Made by a program: the position numbers and the translations under genes
From: an uncultured Acidimicrobiales bacterium
GTDB lineage: Bacteria; Actinomycetota; Acidimicrobiia; Acidimicrobiales; DATKAS01
DNA length: 64,000 bases
Assembly (NCBI GenBank): GCA_963759645.1
Contig: CAVXAI010000013.1
Location: 149,571-213,570, forward strand
Direction: 5' to 3'
Shown: piece by piece, positions 29,201 to 39,919 of the stretch
Position numbering within the stretch: the stretch's first letter is position 1
Layout of the letters: each line of letters opens with the position of its first letter
The notes under the pieces: model-generated
What the model was told of the DNA's origin: nothing
Databases searched by the model: none
The model's input: the letters and a program-made list of their open reading frames with translations, nothing else

Positions 29201-29491
29201 CGCACGGCCGTACAACCCGAACCGGTTCTCGCGGGAGTTCGACCGGGCGCTCGCCCGGCACCCCGATCTCGCCCGCATCCGCCTGCACGACCTTCGGCAC
29301 ACCTGGGCCACGCTGGCACTCCAGGCCGGCGTCCCGGTGAAGATCGTTAGTGAGCGTCTCGGTCACTCGACGACATCGATAACGAGCGACACGTATTCAC
29401 ACGTGACACCACGACGAGAGCCGACGCCGCCGAGCGAGTCGCGAGCCTCATCTTCCCGGCGTCGCGACCAACTGGTGACCGGGGACCCTGA
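29181..29491 (+). pseudogene. Tyrosine recombinase (phage-integrase family), C-terminal catalytic about 100 aa only
   Basis: The fragment reads RPYNPNRFSREFDRALARHPDLARIRLHDLRHTWATLALQAGVPVKIVSERLGHSTTSITSDTYSHV (HxxR, LGH, catalytic Y). After a frameshift it continues ADAAERVASLIFPASRP. The N-terminal two-thirds are absent, and homology starts right at repeat copy c. Confidence 0.8.
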
Positions 29492-29530
29492 GACAAAGGG
29501 CAAGCACTGGGGTTGAACTGCGCAAACTTC

Positions 29531-29614
<84 letters not shown>

Positions 29615-29649
29615 CGTGGGGCCGTTGACTGTAGCGAAAGCCTGCTGGC

Positions 29650-29880
29650 TCAGTCGATGAGCAGACCGAGTCCGATCGTGCAGAAGATGAAGACCAACGC
29701 CACGACCACGGTGATGCGGTCGAGGTTCTTCTCCACGACGGTCGAGCCCATCGCGGCCGACCCGATGCCGCCGCCGAACATGTCCGACAGGCCGCCGCCT
29801 TTGCCGCTGTGCAGCAGCACGAGGAAGACCATGACCAGGCCGGCGATCACGTCGACAACGAGGACGAGGGCGGTGAGCAC
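29650..29880 (-). CDS. secG: Preprotein translocase subunit SecG
   Basis: 76 aa, reading MLTALVLVVDVIAGLVMVFLVLLHSGKGGGLSDMFGGG... plus a second TM helix. Confidence 0.9.
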   Translation of the reverse strand: MLTALVLVVDVIAGLVMVFLVLLHSGKGGGLSDMFGGGIGSAAMGSTVVEKNLDRITVVVALVFIFCTIGLGLLID

Positions 29881-29919
29881 GGGTTCCGAGGTTACCAGCG
29901 GGGTCGCAGCGCCCGGCAG

Positions 29920-30951
29920 TCAGACCAGCTCAGCAGCGAGCTCGGCAAAGTGGCAGGCCACGGGGTGGCCCTGTCCACGGTCGATCAGCGCTGGCTCTTC
30001 GGTCGCGCAGATGTCCTGCGCCTTCCAGCACCGGGTGCGGAACCGGCAACCACTCGGCGGGTCGATGGGGCTGGGCACATCGCCGGTGAGCACGATCCGC
30101 TTGCGCTTGCGTTCCTTCTTCGGGTCCGCCATGGGGATCGCCGACAACAGGGCTTGCGTGTACGGATGCGCGGCCTTGGTGTAGAGGTCGTCTGCCGGCG
30201 CCATCTCGACGAGCTTGCCGAGGTACATCACCGCGACGACGTCCGAGATGTGCTGCACCACCGAGAGGTCGTGGGCGATGAAGAGGTACGCGAGCCCGAG
30301 TCGATCCTGCAGGTCCTCGAGGAGGTTCACGACGCCGGCCTGTATCGAGACGTCGAGTGCGGACACCGGCTCGTCGAGCACGACGACACTGGGGTCGAGG
30401 GCGAGCGCTCGAGCGACACCCACGCGTTGGCGCTGTCCACCTGAGAACTCGTGTGGATAGCGGTTGGCGTGCTGCCGGTTCAGCCCGACGAGCGACAGCA
30501 GCTCCTCGACTCGGCTCCGGTGATCCCCGGGCACCTTGTTGATGACAAGCGGCTCGGCGACCGCGGCGCCGATCGTCATCCGGGGATCGAGCGACGCGTA
30601 TGGGTCCTGGAAGACGATCTGCATCTCCCGGCGCAGCGCGCGCATCTGGCGGGGGCCCAGCGTGGTGACCTCCTGCTCGCGGAAGTAGACGGAGCCGGAC
30701 GTCGGCTCGATCAGCCGGAGGATGCAGCGGCCGACCGTCGACTTGCCCGAGCCGGACTCGCCGACGAGACCGAGGGTTTGCGACGGAGCGATCGCGAACG
30801 ACACGTCCGACACCGCCTGCACCACGCCCTTGATGGACTTGATGCCCTTGTGGCTCGTGACGTTGAAGTTCTTCACGAGGTGCTCGACCCGAAGGATCGG
30901 GGGCGTCGATCGGCGCGTCGGGGACGCTCGCTTCGACCGCGATGGTGCTCA
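29920..30951 (-). CDS. Peptide/nickel-type ABC transporter ATPase (OppF/DppF-like); probable frameshift near 30890
   Basis: [37 protein letters not shown] and the C-terminal oligopeptide motif GCRFRTRC are present. The upstream [12 protein letters not shown] and the GTG overlapping the OppD stop lie in different frames. Confidence 0.85.
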
Positions 30952-31987
30952 CTGCTCGATGTCCCAGTGGCCTATGAGCTGCTCGCTGAAGTGGCAGGCC
31001 GCCTCTTGGTCGTGCGCGCCGACGAGCCGGAGGTTCGGCACCTCGACCGTGCAGATCTCCGCCGAGTACTTGCACCGTGGTGCGAAGGCACAGCCCGGCG
31101 GTGGGGCCAGCATGTTCGGCGGCGACCCGGGGATCGGACGCAGCCGATGCGCTTGACCAGTCGGGATCGAGCTCAACAGCCCCACTGTGTAGGGATGTGC
31201 GGGGTTCTCGAACAGGTCGTCGATGTTCGCGAGCTCCACGCTGCGGCCCGCGTACATCACCCGAACACGATGAGCGAGACGGGCGATGACGCCGAGGTCG
31301 TGGGTGATGAAGACGATCGCGCTGCGGGTCAGCTCCTGGACCTGTTGGATGACCTCGAGGATCTGCGCCTGGATCGTGACATCGAGCGCAGTCGTGGGCT
31401 CGTCCGCGATGAGCACTTCGGGGTCGTTGCAGATCGCCATCGCGATCATCGCCCGCTGCCGCATGCCGCCGGAGAACTCGTGCGGGTATTGACGCGGCTC
31501 GTGTCTTCGACTGGGGGATGCCCACCAGGTCGAGCATCTCGATCGCCCGCTTCGTGGCCGCGTCGCCGTTGAGGTCCTGGTGCGCCTGCACGGCCTCGGC
31601 GATTTGGTCGCCGACGCGCAGCACCGGGTTCAGCGCCGTCAGCGGATCCTGGAAGATCATCGCGATCTTCGCCCCGCGGTACTTGCGGGCCTCGCTCGGC
31701 TCGAGCCCGATGAGCTCGGTGCCGCGAAACCTTGCTGACCCGGAGATCTGGGCCGTCCTGTGGAGCAGTCCCATCACGGCGAGCATCGTCACGGACTTGC
31801 CCGACCCCGACTCCCCCACGACACCGAGCACCTCACCGGCGTGGACGACGAGATCGTTCCCGCGCACCGCGTAGACGGGACCGTCTTCGGTGGGGAACGT
31901 GACGTGCAGGTCGCGGATCTCGAGCACGGGCTCACCCGCCGCGGCACCTTCCCGCGCGCTCGCCGCGCCCGGCGTCGTGACCGCCAT
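30949..31987 (-). CDS. Peptide/nickel-type ABC transporter ATPase (OppD/DppD-like); frameshift near 31478
   Basis: The N-terminal half MAVTTPG...VLEIRDLHVTFPTEDGPVYAV...[12 protein letters not shown] lies in the frame of ORF 29930..32449. The C-terminal half (YPHEFSGG)MRQRAMIAMA...ADEPTTALD...GCAFAPRC is ORF 30949..31464. Confidence 0.85.
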
Positions 31988-32994
31988 CAGCCGATCTTCT
32001 GCTGGCGGGGATCCAGAGCGTCGCGGAGACCGTCGCCGACGAAGTTGACGGCGAGGACCGTGGCCACGACCACCAACCCCGGGAACCAGATGAGCCAGGG
32101 GGCGATGGCGAAGTAGCCCTTGCTGTCGGAGAGGAGGTTGCCCCATGTCGGCACGGGTGGGCTGACGCCGAAACCGAGGAACGAGAGCGCAGACTCGAGC
32201 AGGATCGCGGCCGCCACGTTCAGCGTGACGACGACGACGATCGCGCCCACGCAGTTGGGCAAAAGGTGCTTCGCGATGATGCGTCGGTCGTCTGCTCCGA
32301 GGGCGCGCGCCGCTTCGACGAACTCCTTGTGCTTCAAGGACATCACCACGCCGCGGACGATGCGCGCTGTCGTCATCCAGAAGAACAGCGAGAGGACGAT
32401 GACCGTTGCCCGGATGCTCCCGGCGTCGCCCATGACCGTATGCGCCCACGGCTGGCGGTTCGGGAGATTCCGCATGAGGATCAGCACGACGAGCAAAGGC
32501 AGCGCGATGAACAGGTCCGTAACCCGCATCATCAGGTTGTCGAGCTTCCCGCCGAAGTAGCCCGAGGTCGCGCCGATGATCGTGCCGATGACCGTCGCGA
32601 CGATCGCGACCGCGAACCCGACCGCGAGCGAGATCCGGCCCCCGTACACGACTCGGCTGTAGAGGTCGCGGCCGATGGCGTCGGTGCCGAACCAGTGCGC
32701 GCCGCTCGGCCCCTGGAACACCGGACCTACCCCGGTCCTGTCATAGGGGTACCGCGCGACGATCCCGGCGAACAGCGCCATGAGGCTCAGGAGGATCAGG
32801 ATCACCGCGCTGACCATCGCCAGCTTGTGCCGTCGGAAGCGTCGCCACGCGAGCGTGCGGGGGGACAACGAGACCGGAGCGACCTGCTCGGCCTCGGCCT
32901 CGAGTATCTCGTGTTCCTGGACCGCGCCCACCTCGAGCACGTCGTCGGCGGGCGGCTGGAAGGGTGACTCGGCGTCAGATCGGACCTCAGTCAA
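31987..32994 (-). CDS. ABC permease (OppC/DppC-like)
   Basis: The ORF is an intact 335 aa. It has an N-terminal OppC-type extension and a BPD-transporter core (FVEAARALGADDRRIIAKHLLPN). Confidence 0.85.
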   Translation of the reverse strand: MTEVRSDAESPFQPPADDVLEVGAVQEHEILEAEAEQVAPVSLSPRTLAWRRFRRHKLAMVSAVILILLSLMALFAGIVARYPYDRTGVGPVFQGPSGAHWFGTDAIGRDLYSRVVYGGRISLAVGFAVAIVATVIGTIIGATSGYFGGKLDNLMMRVTDLFIALPLLVVLILMRNLPNRQPWAHTVMGDAGSIRATVIVLSLFFWMTTARIVRGVVMSLKHKEFVEAARALGADDRRIIAKHLLPNCVGAIVVVVTLNVAAAILLESALSFLGFGVSPPVPTWGNLLSDSKGYFAIAPWLIWFPGLVVVATVLAVNFVGDGLRDALDPRQQKIG

Positions 32995-33965
32995 GGCGGA
33001 TCCTCGGATCGAGCCACCCGTAGGCGAGATCGGCCAACAGGTTGAAGAGGATGACCGAGAACACGACGACCATCATCCACGGCAAGATCTGCGTGTAGTC
33101 GCCGTTGTTGTAGGCGTCGATGAAGAACCGCCCCATGCCCGGGTACTCGAAGATCGCTTCGGTGATCACGAGGCCTCCGACGATGGCACCGATGTCGAGC
33201 GCGGCGTAAGTGACTACCGGAAGCAGGGCGTTGCGGAACCCGTGGCGCATGATCACGCGCTTCTCGCTGATGCCCTTGGACCGCGCCGTGCGCATGTAGT
33301 CGGAGTTCATGACCTCGAGCATGGAGGACGCGCATGTACCGGCTGTAGATGGCGATGCCCTGGAAGGCGACGACCAACGCCGGGAGGATGAGGTGCTTCA
33401 CCCGCAGCCAGGGGTCGAAACCCTCGTGGCCCGGCGGGTAGACCCCTGCGACCGGCAGGAAGGGCTGGTCCAGGTTGAACCACTTCGTCAGCGTGATCGC
33501 GAAGAACAGCTGGAGGATGAGGGCGAACCAGAACTGCGGGATCGACAGGCTGAAGAACGAGACCCCGGTGCCGATGTTGTCGAACTTGGAGTACTGGCGG
33601 AGAGCCGAGATGATCCCGAGAGTGACGCCCACCGTGATGGTGATGATGAACGCGAACGTGCCGAGCACGATCGTGTTGAAGAGCGCGCGTTGGAGGTCGG
33701 GCCACACGTCGCGGCGAGACGAGAGCGACTTGCCCCAATCGAACATGACGAACGACTTGAGCCAGGTCCAGTACTGCATGGGCAGCGACTTGTCGAGTCC
33801 GAGGCTGCGGCGGTACTCCTCGAGCTCCTCCGGACTCGCCCGGGGGTTGCGGGCGAGCGCCGCCAACGGGTCGGTCGACGATCGGACCGCGATGAACACG
33901 AGGACACTCGCGATGAGAAGGGTCGGGATCGCCCAGAACGCTCGCTTGATGACGAATCTGGTCAA
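32987..33965 (-). CDS. ABC permease (OppB/DppB-like); frameshift near 33318
   Basis: The sequence (L)TRFVIKRAFWAIPTLLIASVLVFIAV... joins to MLEVMNSDYMRTARSKGISEKRVIMRHGFRNALLPVVT.... A TTG start follows GGAGGTGGGGAGG. Confidence 0.85.
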
Positions 33966-34055
33966 CCCGGCACCTCCCCACCTCCAACGTTAGAGGAGGC
34001 GGCGCCCGGTCGCCCGGGCACCGCCCCCTCCAGTTCTTCTCTCTGGCAACCCTCG

Positions 34056-35783
34056 TTAGCTGACGACGGTCCAGTCGTACAGGTTGCGGAAGGCGCTGAG
34101 GTAGTTGCTGACGTCGGCGTCAATCGGCCCGGCGATACGGTCCGTGCGCCATGCGACCATCGTCGGGAACTGAATCAGCGGGACCATGACGAAGTCGTCC
34201 GCCATGAACTTGCCGACCTGGTGGATCTGCTCGACGCGGACGGTCTCGTCGAGCTCCTGGTCGGACTGGATCATGACTGCGGATGCTTCCTCGTTGCAGT
34301 AGCCGCTGTTGTTCTGGCCCGAGGGGTTCTCCGGCGTGGGGATGGCGTCGCACGACATCGTGCCCGTGGGTGTCGGATCGGGCGTCGCGGTCTGGATGTA
34401 CATCGCCAGCTCGGTGTCGAGCGTGGGCAGCCGCTGCTGGAAGTAGGTCGCAGCATCGGAGTTGTCCACGACGAGCTCGAAGCCCTTCTCCTTCATGTCC
34501 GGGATCAGCAGCGCCTGGGTGTTCTCACGACGCGTGTTGCCCGTGTTGACGGTGAAGCGGATGGTGGCCCGCTGGTCGCCCTTGGCCCAGATGCCGTCGG
34601 AGCCCTTGGCCCAGCCGTTCTCCTCGAGCAGCGCCGCGGCCGCCTCGGGGTCGTAGAGACCCTCGTTGAGGCTGGTGTCGCACCAGTCGCCGATCGTCGG
34701 CACCCAGATCATGCAGCCGTTCTGCGTGGCGTTGGGGTCGATCGGCTTGTAGATGGTGTCGATGATCTTCGTGGTGTCGACCGACCTGACGAACGCCTCA
34801 CGCAGGATCGGATCCGAGAAAGGACCCTTCTGCTGCTGGATCCAGAGGTTCTCGTACTGCGTGCCGAGTCCGAACGTGAAGTCGATGTTCGAATCGGTCA
34901 GGCGTTGCTCGGTGCCGGCGGCCGGCTGCGGGAAGATCGCGTCGACCTGACCCGAGAGCAGACCGGCGAGCTCGGTGTCCTGATCCGCCAGCGGCACCAT
35001 CACGACCCGGTCGACGAGCGGGGTCTTGCTCTCGTCGTAGTAGTTCGGGTTCGGGACGAGCACGGCCTGCTCGAGGCTCCACGACTCGAGGAGCCACGGG
35101 CCGGACGAGAACGGCATGTTGTCGGCCATCTCGTTCTCGAGGTTCGTGGTGTCGGGGAACGCGGCTGCCTTCAGCAGCGGGAAGAACAGGTTCTTGTACG
35201 CCGCATAGTTCTCCTGGAACACGATGACCGCGGTCTGCGGGTCGGTCGTGTCGATCGACTCGATCACCTCGTAGCCCGCGGTGGTCACGGAACCCGTGGT
35301 GTCCATGATCGCCCGCCACGTGAAGTCGATGTCAGCCGAGGTGATCGGCGTCCCGTCCTCCCACACCGCGTCGGGGTTCAGCTTGAGGGTCAAAGTGAAC
35401 GGATCCTCGGTGATGCCGCCGTTCTCGAGCGTCGGCTCCTCAGCCAGGAGGGCGGTGGGCTCGAAGCCGCCATCGCCAGTCGTTTCCCAGAGGCCGGGGT
35501 TGACATGCGCCGAAGTGGTCCAGATCATCCACGACGAGTTCGCGCACTGCGTGATCGGGTTGATGCACTCGGGCCACTGCTCGGCGCCGAGGGTGATCGT
35601 GCCACCGGTGGGCACGCGGTCGCCCTCAGCCGCGGCCGTGGTGCCAGCACCCGCTGCCGCGGTGGTGCCAGCGCCGCCTGCGGTGTCGCTGCTGCTATCG
35701 CCATCGTCGCCGCACGCTGCGGCGAAGAGGCCGAGACCGAGCAGCAAGGCCAGAGCCTTGACACTCCTCGGGGTTCGTCTCAC
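34056..35783 (-). CDS. Family-5 substrate-binding lipoprotein (Opp/Dpp/Nik type)
   Basis: The GTG at 35783 lies 9 nt after AGGAGG. The signal and lipobox read VKALALLLGLGLFAAAC, followed by an SBP_bac_5-length body of 575 aa. Confidence 0.85.
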   Translation of the reverse strand: MRRTPRSVKALALLLGLGLFAAACGDDGDSSSDTAGGAGTTAAAGAGTTAAAEGDRVPTGGTITLGAEQWPECINPITQCANSSWMIWTTSAHVNPGLWETTGDGGFEPTALLAEEPTLENGGITEDPFTLTLKLNPDAVWEDGTPITSADIDFTWRAIMDTTGSVTTAGYEVIESIDTTDPQTAVIVFQENYAAYKNLFFPLLKAAAFPDTTNLENEMADNMPFSSGPWLLESWSLEQAVLVPNPNYYDESKTPLVDRVVMVPLADQDTELAGLLSGQVDAIFPQPAAGTEQRLTDSNIDFTFGLGTQYENLWIQQQKGPFSDPILREAFVRSVDTTKIIDTIYKPIDPNATQNGCMIWVPTIGDWCDTSLNEGLYDPEAAAALLEENGWAKGSDGIWAKGDQRATIRFTVNTGNTRRENTQALLIPDMKEKGFELVVDNSDAATYFQQRLPTLDTELAMYIQTATPDPTPTGTMSCDAIPTPENPSGQNNSGYCNEEASAVMIQSDQELDETVRVEQIHQVGKFMADDFVMVPLIQFPTMVAWRTDRIAGPIDADVSNYLSAFRNLYDWTVVS

Positions 35784-36071
35784 GAAATGGACCTCCTGGT
35801 ATGAGCGGGGGGAGATGGATCCACGTCCTCCCTCTGCAGCGGAGACCCGCCTCAGACAACGCGATCCACCGGCGGGAACCGCCCGGCAAGGCCGGCGTTC
35901 GACCACACGGTTTGGTTCCAGCGCACCCGTCCTACCTCCCCTTTATCCAGGGCGGATGGCCGTTTTCGACGGTAGCAGAGGGCTACCCGGCGGAATGGGA
36001 CAGCAACCGTTACGGGTTGTTGACAACACGCGCTGACACTCAGTCAGCAGACAAGCGTCAACAGCGCGGGG

Positions 36072-36860
36072 TCACCCGCCGTGGAGCCGGTACTGGACGA
36101 TGCGGGCGAACTCGTCCGGCTCGAGGCTCGCCCCGCCCACGAGCGCCCCGTCGATGTCGGGCTGCGCCATCAGCTCGGCGATGTTCGCCGCCTTCACTGA
36201 CCCCCCGTATTGCACCCGGACCGACGTGGCGGCCTCGGCCCGCCCGATCTCGCGCACCTCGGCCCGCACGAGGCCGCACACCGCCTGGGCGTCGTCGGGG
36301 GTGGCCGTACGCCCGGTGCCGATGGCCCAGATGGGCTCGTAGGCGATGACCATCGTGCCGATCGCCTCACGGGCGATGCCCGCGAGGCCGGCCCGCACCT
36401 GGGCGACGACCTTCTCCTCGGTCGCGCCGGCCTCACGTTCCTCGAGGGTCTCGCCTACGCACATGATCGGTGTCATCCCGGCCGCGAGGATCGCGCGCAC
36501 CTTGCGATTGACCATTTCGTCGGTCTCGCCGAACAGCTGCCGTCGCTCCGAGTGGCCCGCGATCACGTAGCGCACCTGCAGCTTCGCGAGCATGACAGGC
36601 GCGACCTCACCGGTGAACGCCCCCTTGTCCTCCCAGTGGCAATGCTGCGCGCCGAGCACAATCGACATGTGATCGGAGTCGATCGCCGTCTGCACCGTGC
36701 GGAGATCGGTGAACGGTGGATGCACCGTGACATCCGCGGCGTCGAAGTCCGCTTTGGTGAGGGCGTAGTGCAGCTTCTGCACCGTTTGCAGCGCCTCGAA
36801 GTGGTTGAGATGCATCTTCCAGTTGCCGCTGATGACCGGCTTGCGCGCGTCAGCGGGCAT
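36072..36860 (-). CDS. tpiA: Triose-phosphate isomerase
   Basis: ISGNWKMH, IAGHSERR, AYEPIWAIGTG and YGGSV are present. The ORF is intact. Confidence 0.95.
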   Translation of the reverse strand: MPADARKPVISGNWKMHLNHFEALQTVQKLHYALTKADFDAADVTVHPPFTDLRTVQTAIDSDHMSIVLGAQHCHWEDKGAFTGEVAPVMLAKLQVRYVIAGHSERRQLFGETDEMVNRKVRAILAAGMTPIMCVGETLEEREAGATEEKVVAQVRAGLAGIAREAIGTMVIAYEPIWAIGTGRTATPDDAQAVCGLVRAEVREIGRAEAATSVRVQYGGSVKAANIAELMAQPDIDGALVGGASLEPDEFARIVQYRLHGG

Positions 36861-37949
36861 TTGAGGCCTCACGCAACGCCGCCAGACCGGGAAGGTCGCC
36901 GAGCTCGAGGAGCTCGAGCGACGCACCTCCGCCGGTCGAAAGATGGTCGACTTGGTCGGCGAGGCCGAATTGGGCGAGCGCCGCCGCGCTGTCGCCGCCA
37001 CCGACCACTGTGAACCCATGCGCGTCCGCCACTGCATGGGCAACAGCGAGCGTGCCCGACGCGAACCGCTCGTCTTCGAAGACGCCCATCGGTCCGTTCC
37101 ACAACACCGTGTTGGCGTCGGCGATCACGTCGGCGAACTCCGCTGCGCTACCCGGCCCGATGTCGAGCCCCCTCCAACCATCCGGCAGCCTCGTGCCGTA
37201 GGTGGCGACCTGTCCGGCGGGTGACAGCGCCACGATGTCGGACGGCAAGTGGATCGGCTTGCCCCGCTCGAGCAGCCCGCGGCACGTGTCGACCTGATCG
37301 GGCTCGAAGAGCGAATCGCCGATCGCCGCGCCGCGCGCCGCGAGGAACGTGAAGCACATCGCTCCTCCGACGACCAACGCGTCGACGACCGACAGCAGCG
37401 AGTCGATCACACCGAGCTTGTCGCTGACCTTCGCGCCACCCAGCACCGCGACGAACGGACGACGAGGGTGCTCGCGGACACCGAGCAGCACGTCGACCTC
37501 GCGTGCGAACAATCGCCCCGCCGCGCTGGGCAGCGTCCGCGGCGGACCGACGATCGAGGCGTGCGCGCGATGCGCGGCGCCGAACGCGTCGTCGACGTAG
37601 AGGTCCTGCCCCTTCACGAGGCGCTCCACGAAGGCGGGGTCACCCGCTTCCTCCCCGGGGTCGAACCGCAGGTTCTCGAGCAGCTCGACCCCGGGGCGAG
37701 CTCGGCGAGTCGCGCGCGGACCGGTGCCATCGACCACCGCTCGTCGGGCTTCCCCTTCGGCCGGCCGAGGTGGCTGCACGCGGTGACCGTGGCGCCGTGG
37801 CCGGTGAGCCACTCGATCGTCGGGAGCGCGGCTCGAATGCGCAGATCGTCGGTGATCTCGCCGTCTTCGAGCGGCACGTTGAAGTCGGCACGCAGTAGGA
37901 CGCGCCGCCCAGCGACGTCGGGCAGATCTTCGAGAAGGGGGAGCTTCAC
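36850..37949 (-). CDS. pgk: Phosphoglycerate kinase; frameshift near 37690 (G-run)
   Basis: The sequence [27 protein letters not shown]...[10 protein letters not shown]...[10 protein letters not shown] joins to [14 protein letters not shown]...GGGDSAAA...STGGGASLE. Confidence 0.9.
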
Positions 37950-37965
37950 CGGATGGCGTGCGGTG

Positions 37966-38977
37966 TCACTGGTTGGCGGCGCCGATGATGAGCGCGAGAT
38001 CGACGAGCCGGTTCGAGTAGCCCCACTCGTTGTCGTACCACCCGAGCACCTTCACCAGGTTGCCCATCGCGATCGTGAGACCCGAGTCGAACGTGCACGA
38101 GGCCGGGGAGCCCACGATGTCGGACGACACGAGAGGCTCGTCGGAGTAGACGAGCTTTCCGGCGAGCGGACCCGACGCTGCGGCCTTCGCGTAGGCCTCG
38201 TTCACCTCGTCGACGGTCACGTCGCGACGCAGGACGGCCACGAAGTCGGTGATCGAGCCGTCCGGCACGGGCACGCGGAGCGCCGTGCCGTCGAGCTTGC
38301 CCTTCATCGCCTCGAGCACGAGCCCCGTGGCCCGCGCGGCGCCCGTGGACGCCGGAGTGATGTTGATCGCCGCGGCGCGGGCCCGCCGGAGATCCTTGTG
38401 GGGACCGTCGACGAGCATCTGGTCGCCGGTGTAGGCGTGCACAGTCGTCATGAGGCCACGTTCGACGCCGAACGTGTCGTCGAGCACCTTCACCATGGGG
38501 ACGAAGCAGTTCGTCGTGCACGACGCGTTCGACACGACGAAGTGGTTCGAGGGATCGAACGTGTCGTCGTTGACACCGACGACGAACGTTGCATCGGCCC
38601 CGCCGCACGGCGCGGAGACGATGACCCTTGGCGCGCCGCCGTCGAGATGCGCCGCGGCAGTGTCTCGCTCGGTGAAGAAGCCGGTGGACTCGATCACGAC
38701 GTCGACGCCGAGATCACCCCATGGCAGGTCCTTCGGATCTCGGATCGCGAGCACCTTGAGGAGGTCGCCCGCGACATAGATGCCGTCATCGACGACGCGG
38801 ACCTCGTCGGGGAGACGGCCCATCACCGAGTCGTACTTGAGAAGGTGCGCCATCGTGTCGACCGAACCGAGGTCGTTGACCGCGACAAAGTCGATATCGG
38901 CGCCGGCTGCCTTGGCGGCGCGGAAGACGCCTCGTCCGATCCGACCGAAGCCGTTGATCACCCACACGGATCGCCAT
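37966..38977 (-). CDS. gap: Glyceraldehyde-3-phosphate dehydrogenase; probable 1-nt insertion near 38958
   Basis: [18 protein letters not shown] and WYDNEWGYS are present. MAIRVG, with a GGGAGGA RBS, is one frame off from the body. Confidence 0.9.
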
Positions 38978-39036
38978 GTGCTCGAAGTCCTCCCGGTCGG
39001 GAGAGGCCCGCCCGGCCTCTCGTCACCGGGGCGACG

Positions 39037-39891
39037 TTACTTGTCGACGTCGCGGTGCACGACAACCGGTTGGTAGCCGTGCTGGCGCAATCGACGGGCG
39101 ATCTCCTCGGCTACGACGACGGATCGGTGCTGCCCGCCGGTACACCCGAAAGCCAGCGAGAAGTAGCTCTTCCCCTCCCGCACGTAGGCGGGCAACAGCA
39201 TCGTGAGCAACGTGTCGAGCTGACCGAGGAAGTCCGCCGTCACCTCCTGACGCATGACGAACGTGCGCACCTCGGTGTCGAGCCCCGAACGGGGGCGGAG
39301 GTTCTCGTCCCAGTACGGGTTCGGGAGGAAGCGGCAGTCCACGACCATGTCGGCGTCGAGCGGGAGGCCGTGCTTGTAGCCGAACGACGTGATGCTCGTC
39401 TGCATGCCGGGGGCCGGCACCTCAGCACCGAAAAGCGCCATCAAGCGGTCACGCAGCTGGTTGACGTTCAGGTCGCCGGTGTCGACGACGAGGTCGGCCT
39501 CGGCCTTCACGGGCTCGAAGAGGAGCCGCTCGCGCTCGATCGCGTCGGTCATCGCGCCGGCCTCGTCGGCGAGCGGGTGCCTCCGCCGGGTGCTGCTGTA
39601 GCGGCGCACGAGCACGTCGGTCGGCGCGTCGAGGAACAGGATGCGCACTCGGTGGCCCCCCGCCCGCAGCTGCACGAGCGCCGGCAGCACATCGCCCGGA
39701 TTCGGACCACGACCGACGACGAGGGCCACCCGGCCGATGCTCGAGCCCGGCGCGCCGGCGAGGTCCGCGATGGTCGGGATGAGGGTGGCGGGCAGGTTGT
39801 CGACGATGAACCAGCCGAGATCCTCGAGCGTCACGGCGGCTTGGGAGCGACCCGCCCCCGACAAGCCCGTGACCACGAGGAACTCACTCAC
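39037..39891 (-). CDS. rapZ: RNase adapter / nucleotide-binding protein RapZ (YvcJ family)
   Basis: VVTGLSGAGRS (P-loop), IVDNLP and FGCTGGQHRSV are present. The ORF is an intact 284 aa. Confidence 0.9.
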   Translation of the reverse strand: MSEFLVVTGLSGAGRSQAAVTLEDLGWFIVDNLPATLIPTIADLAGAPGSSIGRVALVVGRGPNPGDVLPALVQLRAGGHRVRILFLDAPTDVLVRRYSSTRRRHPLADEAGAMTDAIERERLLFEPVKAEADLVVDTGDLNVNQLRDRLMALFGAEVPAPGMQTSITSFGYKHGLPLDADMVVDCRFLPNPYWDENLRPRSGLDTEVRTFVMRQEVTADFLGQLDTLLTMLLPAYVREGKSYFSLAFGCTGGQHRSVVVAEEIARRLRQHGYQPVVVHRDVDK

Positions 39892-39919
39892 ATCTTGATG
39901 GTACCGACGACCTCTCGCG

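Larger units (their letters stand above)
23850..29530 (-). mobile_element. Composite, decayed remnant of tRNA-Leu-targeting integrative element(s), bounded and subdivided by tRNA 3'-end copies
   Basis: It contains three same-strand copies of the tRNA-Leu 3' end and a truncated tyrosine integrase adjacent to the intact tRNA. The cargo is a DUF2703 gene, a cyclase-STAND-TPR gene and an unknown ORF. Confidence 0.5.

Noticed and set aside
29930-32449. An 839-aa minus-strand ORF spanning oppF, oppD and oppC.
   Set aside because: It is an out-of-frame read-through. Only its 31480-31987 segment (MAVTTPG...GESGSGKSV...) is real OppD N-terminal sequence. The rest is R/P-rich junk overlapping genuine frames.
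35784-36071. A possible riboswitch or regulatory RNA in the 290-bp region upstream of the Opp-type operon.
   Set aside because: I found only a small hairpin after tpiA (GCTGAC-tgagt-GTCAGC) and an imperfect CAACCgttacGGGTTG repeat. No signature of ydaO/c-di-AMP, TPP, cobalamin, SAM or glycine riboswitches was recognised.
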